A stretch of 64,000 nucleotides of DNA. It comes from an uncultured Bacilli bacterium (GTDB lineage Bacteria > Bacillota_I > Bacilli_A > RFN20 > DUOF01). Under the pieces are notes generated by a model that was not told where the DNA came from, ran no database searches, and saw nothing but the letters and a program-made list of their open reading frames with translations. Shown here one piece after another: positions 50,064 through 59,645 of the stretch (positions are counted from its first letter, which is position 1; every line of letters starts with the position of its first letter). The position numbers were made by a program, and so were the translations under genes. Location of the stretch: assembly GCA_944363575.1 (NCBI GenBank), contig CALVUJ010000022.1, positions 1,518 to 65,517 of the forward strand. The letters are read 5' to 3'.

Positions 50064-51711
50064 TATTTTTTTATTAGTTTTCCATCTTTTAGAAGAAGTA
50101 CATTATCAAATAAAGTGTAATCAATTAATTTGTGGGAGATCACTATTATTGTTTTTTTCCGTGAAGTGATTTTATTATATTACAAAAATTGTTTTGATTT
50201 TCATTATCTAAGGCACTTGTAGGCTCATCGAACAGTAAAATATTTGATTTGCTTAGTAGTGCTCTTGCTATTGATAATCTTTGTTTTTGCCCACCAGATA
50301 AGTTATTTCCGTTTTCAGTAATGATAGTGTTATATCCGTTTTTAAATTTTAATATATCTTCGTGAATATTTGCAATTTTGCAAGCATTATATATTTCTTC
50401 AATAGTTAAGTCTTTTGTAATTTTTAGATTGTTCATAATGCTGTCATTAAATAAGAAAGTTTCTTGATTTATTAAACTTATTTGTTTTCTTATTTCATTT
50501 TCAGTTAAACTGTTTATATCGTTATTTGAAATAAAGATTTTATTATCTTGTACTTCTAGTAATTTAGATAATAGATTGAATAGAGTGCTTTTTCCTCCCC
50601 CAGATTCTCCAATGATAGCAAGACTGCTATTTTGTTTAATCTTTAAATTAATATTTTTTAGTATAGGCATGTTAGTGTCTTCAAATCTAAATGTTAAGTT
50701 TTTAATTTCTAAATCATAGTTATTATTTCTAGAAGTTTCTTTACCAAACGTTTCTTGTGTTTTTTCATTTATAATTTCAATTATTCTACCAGCACTATAT
50801 TCTCCTTTACTCAAATTTTCTTTCATACTAGCAAAATATCCAACTAAGTCATACATAAAACCTGTATAATTTAGTATTGTCAAGATTAGAACAACTGTAA
50901 TATGTCCATTGGGTATAAGATAGCATACAGCAAAAATAAACAATAAACATTATATTAAATATTGACAGAAAGTCTTTATTCTAGAATATCTTGCATTTAT
51001 AACATCTTTTTTTATTTTAATTTTAGTTAATTGAATATTTACATCTTCATAGTTTGACAATGCTTTATCTTTTAAATTTAATCCTTTAATATCTTTTATT
51101 CCTTTATAGTTTTCAATAGTTTTAAAATTAAGTTTTTCTGTTAGTTTGTTTACTTCATCCATGAGTTTAACATCTTTCTTTATTCTAAAGGTATCTATAA
51201 CATATAAAAAGAGTATTCCTATTGTAAACAATAACCCACATTGCCAACTTATAACATAAATTATGATTAAAAAACTGAAATTAGTTAGGCAGTCAACCAT
51301 AGTTCCCATGATAGTTCCAAGAATGTTGGAGATTTGGTCTGTATCACTAGATAATCTTTCTAAATAATATGAACTTGTCTTTTTCTTAATTATTTCATAT
51401 TTTGTGTTAAAGAATTTTTTTGTGATATCTTGTCTTATATCTTTTGCAACTTTATTTGAAAGTATAGAAGCAATCTTTTCCCATAAAAACCAAAATATAT
51501 GATGAAATAAAATGATTATCATTATAATAATGGATAATTTAATAACTTGATTAGATATTACACTTGTTAAGCTTACTAATCTTTTACTCACATAGTAAGG
51601 AAGTAGCATGCCTAGACTACTTGCAAGAAGCATGACTATAATTAAAATTATAATAATTTTTTTATAATTAGAAAAAAAACTTCTAAATTTTCTTAAATTC
51701 TTAAAAAACAT
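50064..51711 (-). pseudogene. ABC exporter (TMD-NBD, ~520 aa) with a nonsense codon and a frameshift
   Basis: TMD ORF (50950-51711) and NBD ORF (50146-50943) share one frame, separated only by TAA at 50950-50952. The NBD loses frame at the A7 tract near 50147-50155. The H-loop and C-terminus (IVISHKLIDYTLFDNVLLLKDGKLIKK) are readable in the +1 frame down to 50064. Confidence 0.7.
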
Positions 51712-51774
51712 ATTTATTCTCCTTTTCTTTTTAAAATTTTTAATTTTATGAGCAAATATGTTTTTTTTGATATA

Positions 51775-51806
51775 AAAAAACTCTAATTTGAATTAGAGTT
51801 TTTAAT
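51775..51806 (-). terminator. Intrinsic terminator between the leader peptide and the ABC exporter
   Basis: 8-bp stem ctctaatt/aattagag with a U7 tail on the minus strand. Confidence 0.6.
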
Positions 51807-51842
51807 TTTTATATTAGTAAAACTATATAGTTCAATAAAAAA

Positions 51843-51905
51843 CTAATCCAAATACAACATATTTGCCTTTAATGTAATTTTTCTTAGTTTTAATATTGTA
51901 CACAT
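51843..51905 (-). CDS. 20-aa leader peptide (MCTILKLRKITLKANMLYLD), not on the ORF track
   Basis: Strong SD aaggaggt 7 nt upstream of the ATG. Stop lies 45 nt before the terminator hairpin. The ABC exporter start is 65 nt beyond the terminator. Confidence 0.45.
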   Translation of the reverse strand: MCTILKLRKITLKANMLYLD

Positions 51906-52188
51906 AGTATACCTCCTTTTTTACAAGTAAAACATAAATATTAAATAATGTCAATATTTTATAGAATGATTACTTTTTCCTTAAACTGGGACTTTTTTTC
52001 TTAATCTAGTTAATGACTTTAAAAAATAAATGTGCTATATTTTATTTAGTAAGATTTGTGTTTTATTGTGGATTATGGGAGTAGCGCAACATTGTGGTTA
52101 GGGATGTATAAAGTATGAATTTCAAAGAAAGGAGATAGTAATCTTTTGCTTAACCGGTCTTCGAGACATAAAAGATTGTAGTGATAGT

Positions 52189-52779
52189 ATGAAGAAAGAG
52201 AAATTATTAAAGTTGATGGAAGAAATAGAAAATGATAGAAGGAAAAATCGTTATTTTGAGAAAGTTAGTTATGAGGAGTTTAGGAAGGCTGTTATAAAGA
52301 ATAATGGTGATAAGTATAGTGATGAAGATATTAAGGAGATGTATGATCAGTTAGAGTATCCATGTAGGTCTACTTTGCGTGCAGGGGGTTATGATTTCTT
52401 TGCTCCATATGATTTTGTTTTAAAGGCTGGAGAAACAATGGTTGTTCCTACGGGGTTTAGAGTGCATATGAACGATGACGAAATTTTTAATTTGTTTATT
52501 AGAAGTGGTGCGGGGTTTAAGTATAATGTTAGGTTGTCTAATCAAGTTGGGATTGTAGATGCTGATTATTATAATAATGAAAGCAATGAAGGGCATATGT
52601 TTGTTTCGTTTACTAATCATGGTAAGAAAGATTGGGTTAATGTTTCTTTAGGGTTAAAGAAGGAAGAAAAGTCTAAGATGGTACAAGGTATTTTTATGCC
52701 ATTTTATTTAACTAATAATGATGAGTGTTTGAATATGGTTCGTGTTGCTGGGGTAGGATCTACTAGTAAAGAGGGATAA
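52189..52779 (+). CDS. dUTPase-family protein (YncF/YosS-like) with a ~55-aa N-terminal extension
   Basis: RSTLRAGGYDF, VGIVDADY, MVQGIF and C-terminal RVAGVGSTS dUTPase motifs. Confidence 0.65.
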   Translation: MKKEKLLKLMEEIENDRRKNRYFEKVSYEEFRKAVIKNNGDKYSDEDIKEMYDQLEYPCRSTLRAGGYDFFAPYDFVLKAGETMVVPTGFRVHMNDDEIFNLFIRSGAGFKYNVRLSNQVGIVDADYYNNESNEGHMFVSFTNHGKKDWVNVSLGLKKEEKSKMVQGIFMPFYLTNNDECLNMVRVAGVGSTSKEG

Positions 52780-52780
52780 A

Positions 52781-53893
52781 ATGAATAGTACTTTTAAGAA
52801 GATTTTGATTAGTTTTGCTATTATTGTGGGAGTTTTTGCTTTATTGATTGGTGGTTATGTTGGTTATGTGATGATTCAATATTATAGGTACGATGATAAG
52901 GTTGAATTGGGTGTTGATCGTAATAGTGATAATGAAATTGTTTCTTTGCATAGGGAGTATACGATTACTACTTATAATATAGGTTTTGGGGCTTATAATC
53001 ATGATTTTTCTTTTTTTATGGATGAAGGGTATATGAAAGATGGAACTTATGTTCAAGGTAAGTATGTTAGAGCTAGGAGTAAAGATATTGTGTTAAATAA
53101 TACGAATGGGGTTATTGAGACAATTAGTAATTTAGATAGCGATTTTATGTTTTTTCAAGAAGTTGATAAGAAAGCTACACGTAGTCATGGTGTTAATCAA
53201 TATGAAATGATTATGAATCATTTTAGTAGTTATGCAAGTGTGTACGCTTCTAATTTTCATAGTGCTTATTTAATGTATCCTTTTAATGATCCGATTGGGA
53301 AAACAGAGAGTGGGATTGTAACACTTTCTAGTTATAAAGTTAATAGTGCGGTTAGGTATAAGTTACCAATAGATGAATCTTTTCCTACGAAGTTTTTTGA
53401 TTTAGATAGGTGTCTTATGGTGACTAGATATAAGGTTAGTGAAGGTAGAGAATTAGTGCTAATTAACGTTCATATGAGTGCTTATGATGAAGGTGGAGTT
53501 TATCGTAAAAAACAATTAGAAATGCTTAATAATTTATTAAAAGAAGAAAAGGAAAAAGGAAGTTATGTTATTGTAGGTGGAGATTTTAATCATGATATTG
53601 CAGGTAGTTTGAATGCTTTTGAAACACAGCAAAAGGTACCTGAGTGGGTGTATGTTTTAAATGATGAAGATTTAATTGAAGGGTATAGGTTTGTAAGTAG
53701 TAAGAATCATCCTACTTGTAGGAGTACGGATATGGCTTATGAAAAGGGTGTTAATTATAGTGTTGTTTTAGATGGGTTTATTGTTAGTGATAATGTAATG
53801 ATTAATAGTGTTATGAATTTGACACAGGGTAATGATGAATTATTTTTATATAGTGATCATAATCCAGTGATGATGAAATTTGTTTTAGTTTAG
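52781..53893 (+). CDS. Membrane-anchored endonuclease/exonuclease/phosphatase (EEP) family hydrolase
   Basis: N-terminal TM helix. EEP motifs FQEVD, NVHM and VIVGGDFNHD. Starts 2 nt after the dUTPase-like gene. Confidence 0.7.
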   Translation: MNSTFKKILISFAIIVGVFALLIGGYVGYVMIQYYRYDDKVELGVDRNSDNEIVSLHREYTITTYNIGFGAYNHDFSFFMDEGYMKDGTYVQGKYVRARSKDIVLNNTNGVIETISNLDSDFMFFQEVDKKATRSHGVNQYEMIMNHFSSYASVYASNFHSAYLMYPFNDPIGKTESGIVTLSSYKVNSAVRYKLPIDESFPTKFFDLDRCLMVTRYKVSEGRELVLINVHMSAYDEGGVYRKKQLEMLNNLLKEEKEKGSYVIVGGDFNHDIAGSLNAFETQQKVPEWVYVLNDEDLIEGYRFVSSKNHPTCRSTDMAYEKGVNYSVVLDGFIVSDNVMINSVMNLTQGNDELFLYSDHNPVMMKFVLV

Positions 53894-54288
53894 ATAAAGA
53901 ATGGTTTTGATGGTGTTGAGCCATTGTTTGTAGGGGTAGGAGTTATAGTTATAGTTTCATTTATATCGATTGGTGGAGTTTCTTGTCTTTGGGGTCTATA
54001 ATAGTTTTGTTTTCGTCTAGGGGTGCCTTTTAATCCTTTAGCAACACTTAATAAAATCTTAGAGTTTTGAAACATTGGTTTAACTTGGTTGTATAAGGGC
54101 ACTATTTGGTTAATAGTTCCAATTGTTTTTTGGGCACCAGTTAGGATACTTGAAAGGGATATCTTTTTAGATAATAGACCAGAAGTGGCACCATTTCTAG
54201 CCAATTTAGTTATCGTAGAGCCAGCAGAAGAGAAGGGAGATATATTTCTTGTAAACATTAAATTATTAAAATTATTCATTAATATCAC
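53890..54288 (-). CDS. Hypothetical protein, possibly YqfQ/VrrA-like
   Basis: SGLLSKKISLSSIL...IVPLYNQVKPM resembles the conserved YqfQ segment as remembered. Divergent from cshB, as in B. subtilis. Confidence 0.35.
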   Translation of the reverse strand: MILMNNFNNLMFTRNISPFSSAGSTITKLARNGATSGLLSKKISLSSILTGAQKTIGTINQIVPLYNQVKPMFQNSKILLSVAKGLKGTPRRKQNYYRPQRQETPPIDINETITITPTPTNNGSTPSKPFFI

Positions 54289-54349
54289 CTATAATAAAAT
54301 ATGCGTTTAACTATAATTGTTTACCAAGAAAAAATAAGGTATAATATGC

Positions 54350-55720
54350 GTGGTGATAGTGATGGATGATATAAAGAGTTATGGTTTTAAAGATTTTGTT
54401 TATAATACATTAGTTAATGTAAAAGGATATACTTCTTTAAAAGAGATTCAAAAGGAAGTTGTTCCTTTAGCTATTGAAGGGAAAAATATTATTGGTAGGA
54501 GTAGTACTGGTAGTGGTAAAACGGAAGCTTTTTTAATACCAATTATGCATAATCTTTATTTAGATAGTGATAAAGTAGAAGTTTTAATAATAGCTCCAAC
54601 TAGGGAGTTAGCTAAGCAAATATATGATGAAGCGATGGATTATGTTAGTAGTGAAAATAAGTTAAGGATAAAATTATTAACTGGTGGGTTTGATAGAAAA
54701 AGAGATTTAGAGAAAAAAGGGAATAATCCTCATATTATTATAGGGACTCCTGCTAGGCTTAAGGATTTGTTATTGGGTAATGGGATGTATGATATTTCAC
54801 ATGTTAAGACAATTGTTTTAGATGAGATTGATATGATTTTTGAAATGAAGTTTTTAGAAGATATTGATGCTTTAATGTCTAAGTTAAAAAGGAATGTTCA
54901 AACATTAGCTTTTAGTGCCACTATTAGCGAACAATTGAAAGTTTTTATTAGAAAGTATATGGATAGTAAAGTGATAATTGATTTATCTAAGAAAGAGTTA
55001 ACGGCAAGTAATGTTAAACATTATGCGATATCTTTAAAGGGGAGAAGTAGGCAAGAGGCATTAGTGGATTTAGTTAGCAATCTTAATCCTTATTTATGTT
55101 TGATTTTTGCTTCTAAAAAAGAGAATGTTAATGCTTATTTTAAATTGCTTAGTGAAAAAGGGTATAATGTAGGTTTAATTCATGGTGATTTAGATTCACG
55201 AAGTAGAAGACAGGTTATGAAAAAAGTTAGCAGTTATCAATATATTGTAGCTAGTGATATTGCGGCAAGAGGGATTGATATTGAAGGGGTTAGTCACGTT
55301 ATTAGTGTGGATTATCCTTATAATTTAGAGTTTTATTTTCATCGTGCGGGAAGATGTGGGAGAAATGAAGAAAGCGGTGAGTGTTATTCTTTTTATGATG
55401 AAAAAGAGGAAAAGATTATTTTGCAATTAATTAATAAAGGTTTAAAGATTGAAAATATCAGTTATAAAAATGGAGAAAGAAAGGTTTTGAAACCTTTTGT
55501 TAGAGAAAAAAAGAATATTGTTAATGAAGAGTTAGCTAAAGAAATTAAAAAAATAACCGTTAAACATAAAAATAAGCAAGTTAAACCTGGTTATAAGAAG
55601 AAGATGAAAGAAGAAATTGATAAAGTTAAAAGAAAGCATAAACGTGATATTATAAAAAAGAGTATTAAAGAACAGATAAAAAAATCATATAAGCCAGGAG
55701 GTAAGAATTATCATGGGTAA
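54350..55720 (+). CDS. cshB: DEAD-box RNA helicase (CshB/YqfR-like)
   Basis: Q-motif, Walker [15 protein letters not shown] (DEAD variant), SAT and HRAGRCGR motifs. Confidence 0.9.
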   Translation: MVIVMDDIKSYGFKDFVYNTLVNVKGYTSLKEIQKEVVPLAIEGKNIIGRSSTGSGKTEAFLIPIMHNLYLDSDKVEVLIIAPTRELAKQIYDEAMDYVSSENKLRIKLLTGGFDRKRDLEKKGNNPHIIIGTPARLKDLLLGNGMYDISHVKTIVLDEIDMIFEMKFLEDIDALMSKLKRNVQTLAFSATISEQLKVFIRKYMDSKVIIDLSKKELTASNVKHYAISLKGRSRQEALVDLVSNLNPYLCLIFASKKENVNAYFKLLSEKGYNVGLIHGDLDSRSRRQVMKKVSSYQYIVASDIAARGIDIEGVSHVISVDYPYNLEFYFHRAGRCGRNEESGECYSFYDEKEEKIILQLINKGLKIENISYKNGERKVLKPFVREKKNIVNEELAKEIKKITVKHKNKQVKPGYKKKMKEEIDKVKRKHKRDIIKKSIKEQIKKSYKPGGKNYHG

Positions 55721-56573
55721 GGAATTAATTATTGGGAGTCATGTGAGTATGAGTGCTCCTAAAATGTTAGAGGGTAGTGTTTTAGAGGCTTTGAGTTATG
55801 GGGCGAATACTTTTATGTTTTATACGGGTGCTCCTCAAAATAGTGCTAGAAAGCCTGTTAGTGAGTTAAGGGTTGAAGAAGCTAAAAGGTTAATGAAAGA
55901 AAATAATATTGATATTAGTAATGTGGTAGTACATGCTCCTTATATTATTAATATTGCTAATGCTAAAGATGAAGGTATTTATGAGTTATCTAAGAAATTA
56001 CTAAAAGATGAGATAAATAGGACTTCTTATATAGGGTGTAAGTATTTAGTGTTACATCCAGGTAGTCATCTAGGGTTAGGTAAAGAAGTTGGTTTAGCGA
56101 GAATTATTATGGCTTTAAATGAAGTTTTAGATAATGATGAGAGTGATGTTATTGTTCTTCTTGAAACAATGGCGGGAAAGGGTAACGAGATGGGTTCTTC
56201 TTTTGAAGAGATTGGTTATATTATTAATAATGTGAATAAAAGGGAACGATTAGGTGTTTGTTTTGATACTTGTCATACGCATGATGCAGGGTATGATTTA
56301 GTTGATGATTTTGAGGGCGTTTTAAAAGAATTTGATGATAATATTGGTTTGAAGTATTTGCATGTTGTGCATGTTAATGATTCTAAGAATGTAAGGGGAG
56401 CTAGCAAGGATAGGCATGAGAATATTGGTAAGGGTTATCTTGGGTTAGATACTTTAAGAAAAATTGTTCATCATCCTTTATTAGAAAACACTATTAAAAT
56501 ACTTGAAACACCTTATATTAATGATAAAGCTCCTTATAAAGAAGAAATTGCTTTATTAAGAGAAAATAATTAA
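55713..56573 (+). CDS. nfo: Endonuclease IV
   Basis: [10 protein letters not shown] and TIM-barrel AP endonuclease family 2 motifs. Follows cshB as in B. subtilis. Confidence 0.9.
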   Translation: MGKELIIGSHVSMSAPKMLEGSVLEALSYGANTFMFYTGAPQNSARKPVSELRVEEAKRLMKENNIDISNVVVHAPYIINIANAKDEGIYELSKKLLKDEINRTSYIGCKYLVLHPGSHLGLGKEVGLARIIMALNEVLDNDESDVIVLLETMAGKGNEMGSSFEEIGYIINNVNKRERLGVCFDTCHTHDAGYDLVDDFEGVLKEFDDNIGLKYLHVVHVNDSKNVRGASKDRHENIGKGYLGLDTLRKIVHHPLLENTIKILETPYINDKAPYKEEIALLRENN

Positions 56574-56816
56574 TAATTTATTTAATAAAGCTTCTGTTTT
56601 ATTTGCGCTTATTTGGCTGCATTTGTTAGAAATAACATTCATTAAATACATTTTTTCTTGTTCGTTTAGAAATCTTTGCCAGTTATTTTTAATAATTGGT
56701 AGAATTATTTTCATTTCTTCGTAAGTAAAGTCTATGCAAAATTGTTTTGAAACGAGGATAGCTTTTTCTATGGACATATTTTTTAAATAATTATTTATAA
56801 AAAGACTTAAAAACAT
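56556..56816 (-). CDS. Small helical hypothetical protein, possibly YqfT-like (DUF2624)
   Basis: 86 aa. Position matches yqfT in the B. subtilis yqf region. Confidence 0.35.
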   Translation of the reverse strand: MFLSLFINNYLKNMSIEKAILVSKQFCIDFTYEEMKIILPIIKNNWQRFLNEQEKMYLMNVISNKCSQISANKTEALLNKLLIIFS

Positions 56817-56983
56817 TTATATCACCTTTATAATATATGCTTTTTTGTTATTATATAAACTAAAAATTATTATAAATGAAGATCTTTGGTTATGTTGAAT
56901 AAAAAGTTTATTGCGAAAAATAATTAAAAATTAGATAGTTTTATTATTTCTAACATTAAAATTCGCAGTAAGTATATAAAAAC

Positions 56984-57230
56984 TTGATTTAAAAGATATA
57001 AATTTGATAAAATAAAGATACAGGAAAATAAGCGTTAACAAAGTTTGGCTAACTTAACGCGAACGCCTAAAATGTATAGGTGAACCTTTGTCCTGTTGAG
57101 AGATTTTTATTTAATAAGGCTAGATTTTAAACAAACAGCATTAGCCTTAACCTTTGAAATATTTATGGTATTTACAAAGGATTTAGTGAAACGCTTTACG
57201 ACAATATCGTAAGGCGTTTTATTTTTGTTT
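56984..57230 (+). ncRNA. Candidate small RNA with its own promoter and intrinsic terminator
   Basis: Putative TTGATT-18-TAAAAT promoter at 56984-57013. Internal hairpins gcgttaa...ttaacgc and aggcta...tagcct. Terminator aacgctttacg/cgtaaggcgtt followed by T-run at about 57190-57230. No ORF. Confidence 0.35.
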
Positions 57231-57394
57231 GATTTTCTTACATAAGAATTGATGTGAGAAAATATATTTTTAAATATTTTGTTTTCGCGTTAACTTTTAA
57301 AACTAACAAAGATCTTTGGTTATTAACAACTGATTTTATAACAATTATGAAATAATGATAAATATGCTAGAATTATACAAAGGAGGTAGCCATC

Positions 57395-58024
57395 ATGAAT
57401 GCGCGTGTTAGCTTACTAGATAATTTTTCTAGTATGCAAGATGAGTTTAATTCTAGTAATAATCGTAATAATCGCGATATTGATTCGGTGTTTAAGAAGA
57501 ATTTTGGTATTTTAAGGGATAATTTGGAGTATTTTAATGATGAATATGAGGTTTTGAGTAAGGAAGGAATTATGGAGGATTTTGATTATCTTAAGGAAAG
57601 GATATTGGAAGTTAAGAAAAAGCATTTTACTATAAATGATAAGGAATTTTTTAAGGAAATGGAGTTTTTTAAGATATCTATGTGTAGTTTTTTTGAAGAA
57701 AAGATTAAGAATATGGATAATACTAGAATTAGGCATAGTGTGAGAAAACTTATTAATAAATGGTGTGAATATGATATTTTTAGTTTGGAAGAGGATCTTG
57801 CTGATTGTATTTATAATTATAGAGTTAATTTTGAGATGGCACATATTGATAATGAGTATTGTAAGGAGGACTTTAATAAAGTATTAAAGTCTTTTGAGCA
57901 TGATTTAATTAATGATTTGCGTAGTGGAATGTTTAGTTTTATGGCCGAAAGGCAAGAAATTGTTAGTAGGTATATTAATAAAGCTTATGATATTGTTAGT
58001 GATTATCGTCGTATAGGAAGATAA
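57395..58024 (+). CDS. Hypothetical cytoplasmic protein
   Basis: 209 aa with strong RBS aaggaggt. No recognisable family. Confidence 0.5.
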   Translation: MNARVSLLDNFSSMQDEFNSSNNRNNRDIDSVFKKNFGILRDNLEYFNDEYEVLSKEGIMEDFDYLKERILEVKKKHFTINDKEFFKEMEFFKISMCSFFEEKIKNMDNTRIRHSVRKLINKWCEYDIFSLEEDLADCIYNYRVNFEMAHIDNEYCKEDFNKVLKSFEHDLINDLRSGMFSFMAERQEIVSRYINKAYDIVSDYRRIGR

Positions 58025-58095
58025 AACAATTTTTTATTTCACTTTATAATTTAATGTGATATACTTTTATTAGTATTTGTGAGGGGTGTGTAGTT

Positions 58096-58779
58096 ATGAA
58101 GAAAGTAAAAGTTTTTATTGTTTTGTTAGTAGTTGCTATTTTAGTTATTGTAGTGGGGAAAGTTTGTTTTTCTGAATATGGCAAGTTAATGTTTAAAGAA
58201 GATAAACAAGCATTAATTACGATGGTTACGAATAATAATATTTCAGATAATTCTAATATGGAGATAGTTGTAGATTATGGTACAAGTGATGAAAAGAAAG
58301 TTTCTATTAATGCTTATTATGATGAAGAGAATAAGTTTGTTTTTAAGATAAAGATTGAGATGATAAAAAATTATATTAGAGAAACTGCGAAATATTATTA
58401 TGAAGATGGTGTGTTATCTTATGTTTCTATTGCAGAACGTGAGGGTGGTAAAAAGGCAATGGATGAAGCATCAGTTATAGATTATTATAATTCATTGTTT
58501 AATATGTGGTATAATAGAGGCGAGTTAGTTAGTTATATAGAAGAAAATAAAAGTAAGTTAAAGCCAGCCTTTTTAGGGTATAGTTATACTATGGAGAAGT
58601 CAAATAAGTATAAATATACGTTTGGATTTGATGGGAAGCTTAAAAGTATTACTAGTTCTAGTGAAAGTGGGAAAGCTAAGTTAACTGTTAAGTATAATAA
58701 GACAAATGATGATAATCTTAGCGAATACAATATTCATGAAAGAGATTATGTAAGTTTGCCTGTGTTAGAAGATTTTTAA
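58096..58779 (+). CDS. Hypothetical membrane-anchored or secreted protein
   Basis: N-terminal TM/signal segment (VFIVLLVVAILVIVVG), 227 aa. Confidence 0.5.
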   Translation: MKKVKVFIVLLVVAILVIVVGKVCFSEYGKLMFKEDKQALITMVTNNNISDNSNMEIVVDYGTSDEKKVSINAYYDEENKFVFKIKIEMIKNYIRETAKYYYEDGVLSYVSIAEREGGKKAMDEASVIDYYNSLFNMWYNRGELVSYIEENKSKLKPAFLGYSYTMEKSNKYKYTFGFDGKLKSITSSSESGKAKLTVKYNKTNDDNLSEYNIHERDYVSLPVLEDF

Positions 58780-58855
58780 AAAAACTATATTTTTTATGTA
58801 GCATTTTTATATTAATTATGATAAGATACATGCGTTGGTACATGGAGGTGTTATT

Positions 58856-59005
58856 GTGAGGGATAATATTATATATCGTTGCAGCGTTTGTGGAGAAGAA
58901 AATTATATTGGTACTAAGAATAAAAGATTACATCCAGATAGAGTAGAAATACAAAAATATTGTTCTAGGTGCAACAAGAAAACAATGCATAAAGAGAAAA
59001 AATAG
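58856..59005 (+). CDS. rpmG: 50S ribosomal protein L33 (GTG start; not on the ORF track)
   Basis: MRDNIIYRCSVCGEENYIGTKNKRLHPDRVEIQKYCSRCNKKTMHKEKK carries the L33 zinc-ribbon pattern. RBS ggaggtg. Terminator agtcc-tta-ggact followed by T8. Confidence 0.8.
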   Translation: MRDNIIYRCSVCGEENYIGTKNKRLHPDRVEIQKYCSRCNKKTMHKEKK

Positions 59006-59030
59006 TCCTTAGGGACTTTTTTTTGAAAGG

Positions 59031-59645
59031 ATGATTATAATGGAAATTAAGATGATTAAAACAGGGTTGCTTCAGGAGAATACTTATATTGTTAGTGATA
59101 GGGGTTTTTGTTTAGTTATTGATCCAGGTAGTGATTTAGATAAGATTAATGAGTATTTGAATGAGAAAAAGATAAAAACGTCAGCAATTTTACTTACACA
59201 TGGTCATTATGATCATATTGGGGTTAGTAAAGAGTTGTCACTTATTGAAAATTGTAATATTTATGCTTGTATTTATGATAAGGAATTGATTGAGGATGCT
59301 AGTAAGAATGGATCTTTGAAATATAGTAAGAAAGAGATTACTGTTGATAATGTTGTTTATTTTGATGAGGAAGTTATTTTGGAAATTGGTAATTTTAAAG
59401 TGAATGTTATTTTTTTGCCAGGGCATACAGAAGGTAGTGTAGGTTATATTATTGGAGAAGTTATTTTTACTGGTGATACTTTGTTTAAGGGTACTTATGG
59501 TAGAGTAGATTTGTATGGTGGTAATAAAAATAAGATGAAAGAAAGTTTAAAATATTTGTTTAGTTTTGATGATTTTTATAAAGTTTTTCCTGGACATGGT
59601 GATGTGACTTCAATTGGAGAAGAGAGGAAAAATTATAGAGTTTGA
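59031..59645 (+). CDS. MBL-fold metallo-hydrolase (YqgX-like)
   Basis: LLTHGHYDH motif, 204 aa. Confidence 0.85.
   Translation: MIIMEIKMIKTGLLQENTYIVSDRGFCLVIDPGSDLDKINEYLNEKKIKTSAILLTHGHYDHIGVSKELSLIENCNIYACIYDKELIEDASKNGSLKYSKKEITVDNVVYFDEEVILEIGNFKVNVIFLPGHTEGSVGYIIGEVIFTGDTLFKGTYGRVDLYGGNKNKMKESLKYLFSFDDFYKVFPGHGDVTSIGEERKNYRV

Noticed and set aside
50064-54300. Possibility that the trmK-cshB insertion is a prophage or integrative element
   Set aside because: No integrase, recombinase, tRNA attachment site or flanking direct repeats were seen. Only the phage-type dUTPase hints at an MGE origin.
57512-57844. 110-aa antisense ORF within the 209-aa hypothetical gene
   Set aside because: Antisense, Ile/Phe/Lys-rich low-complexity product.
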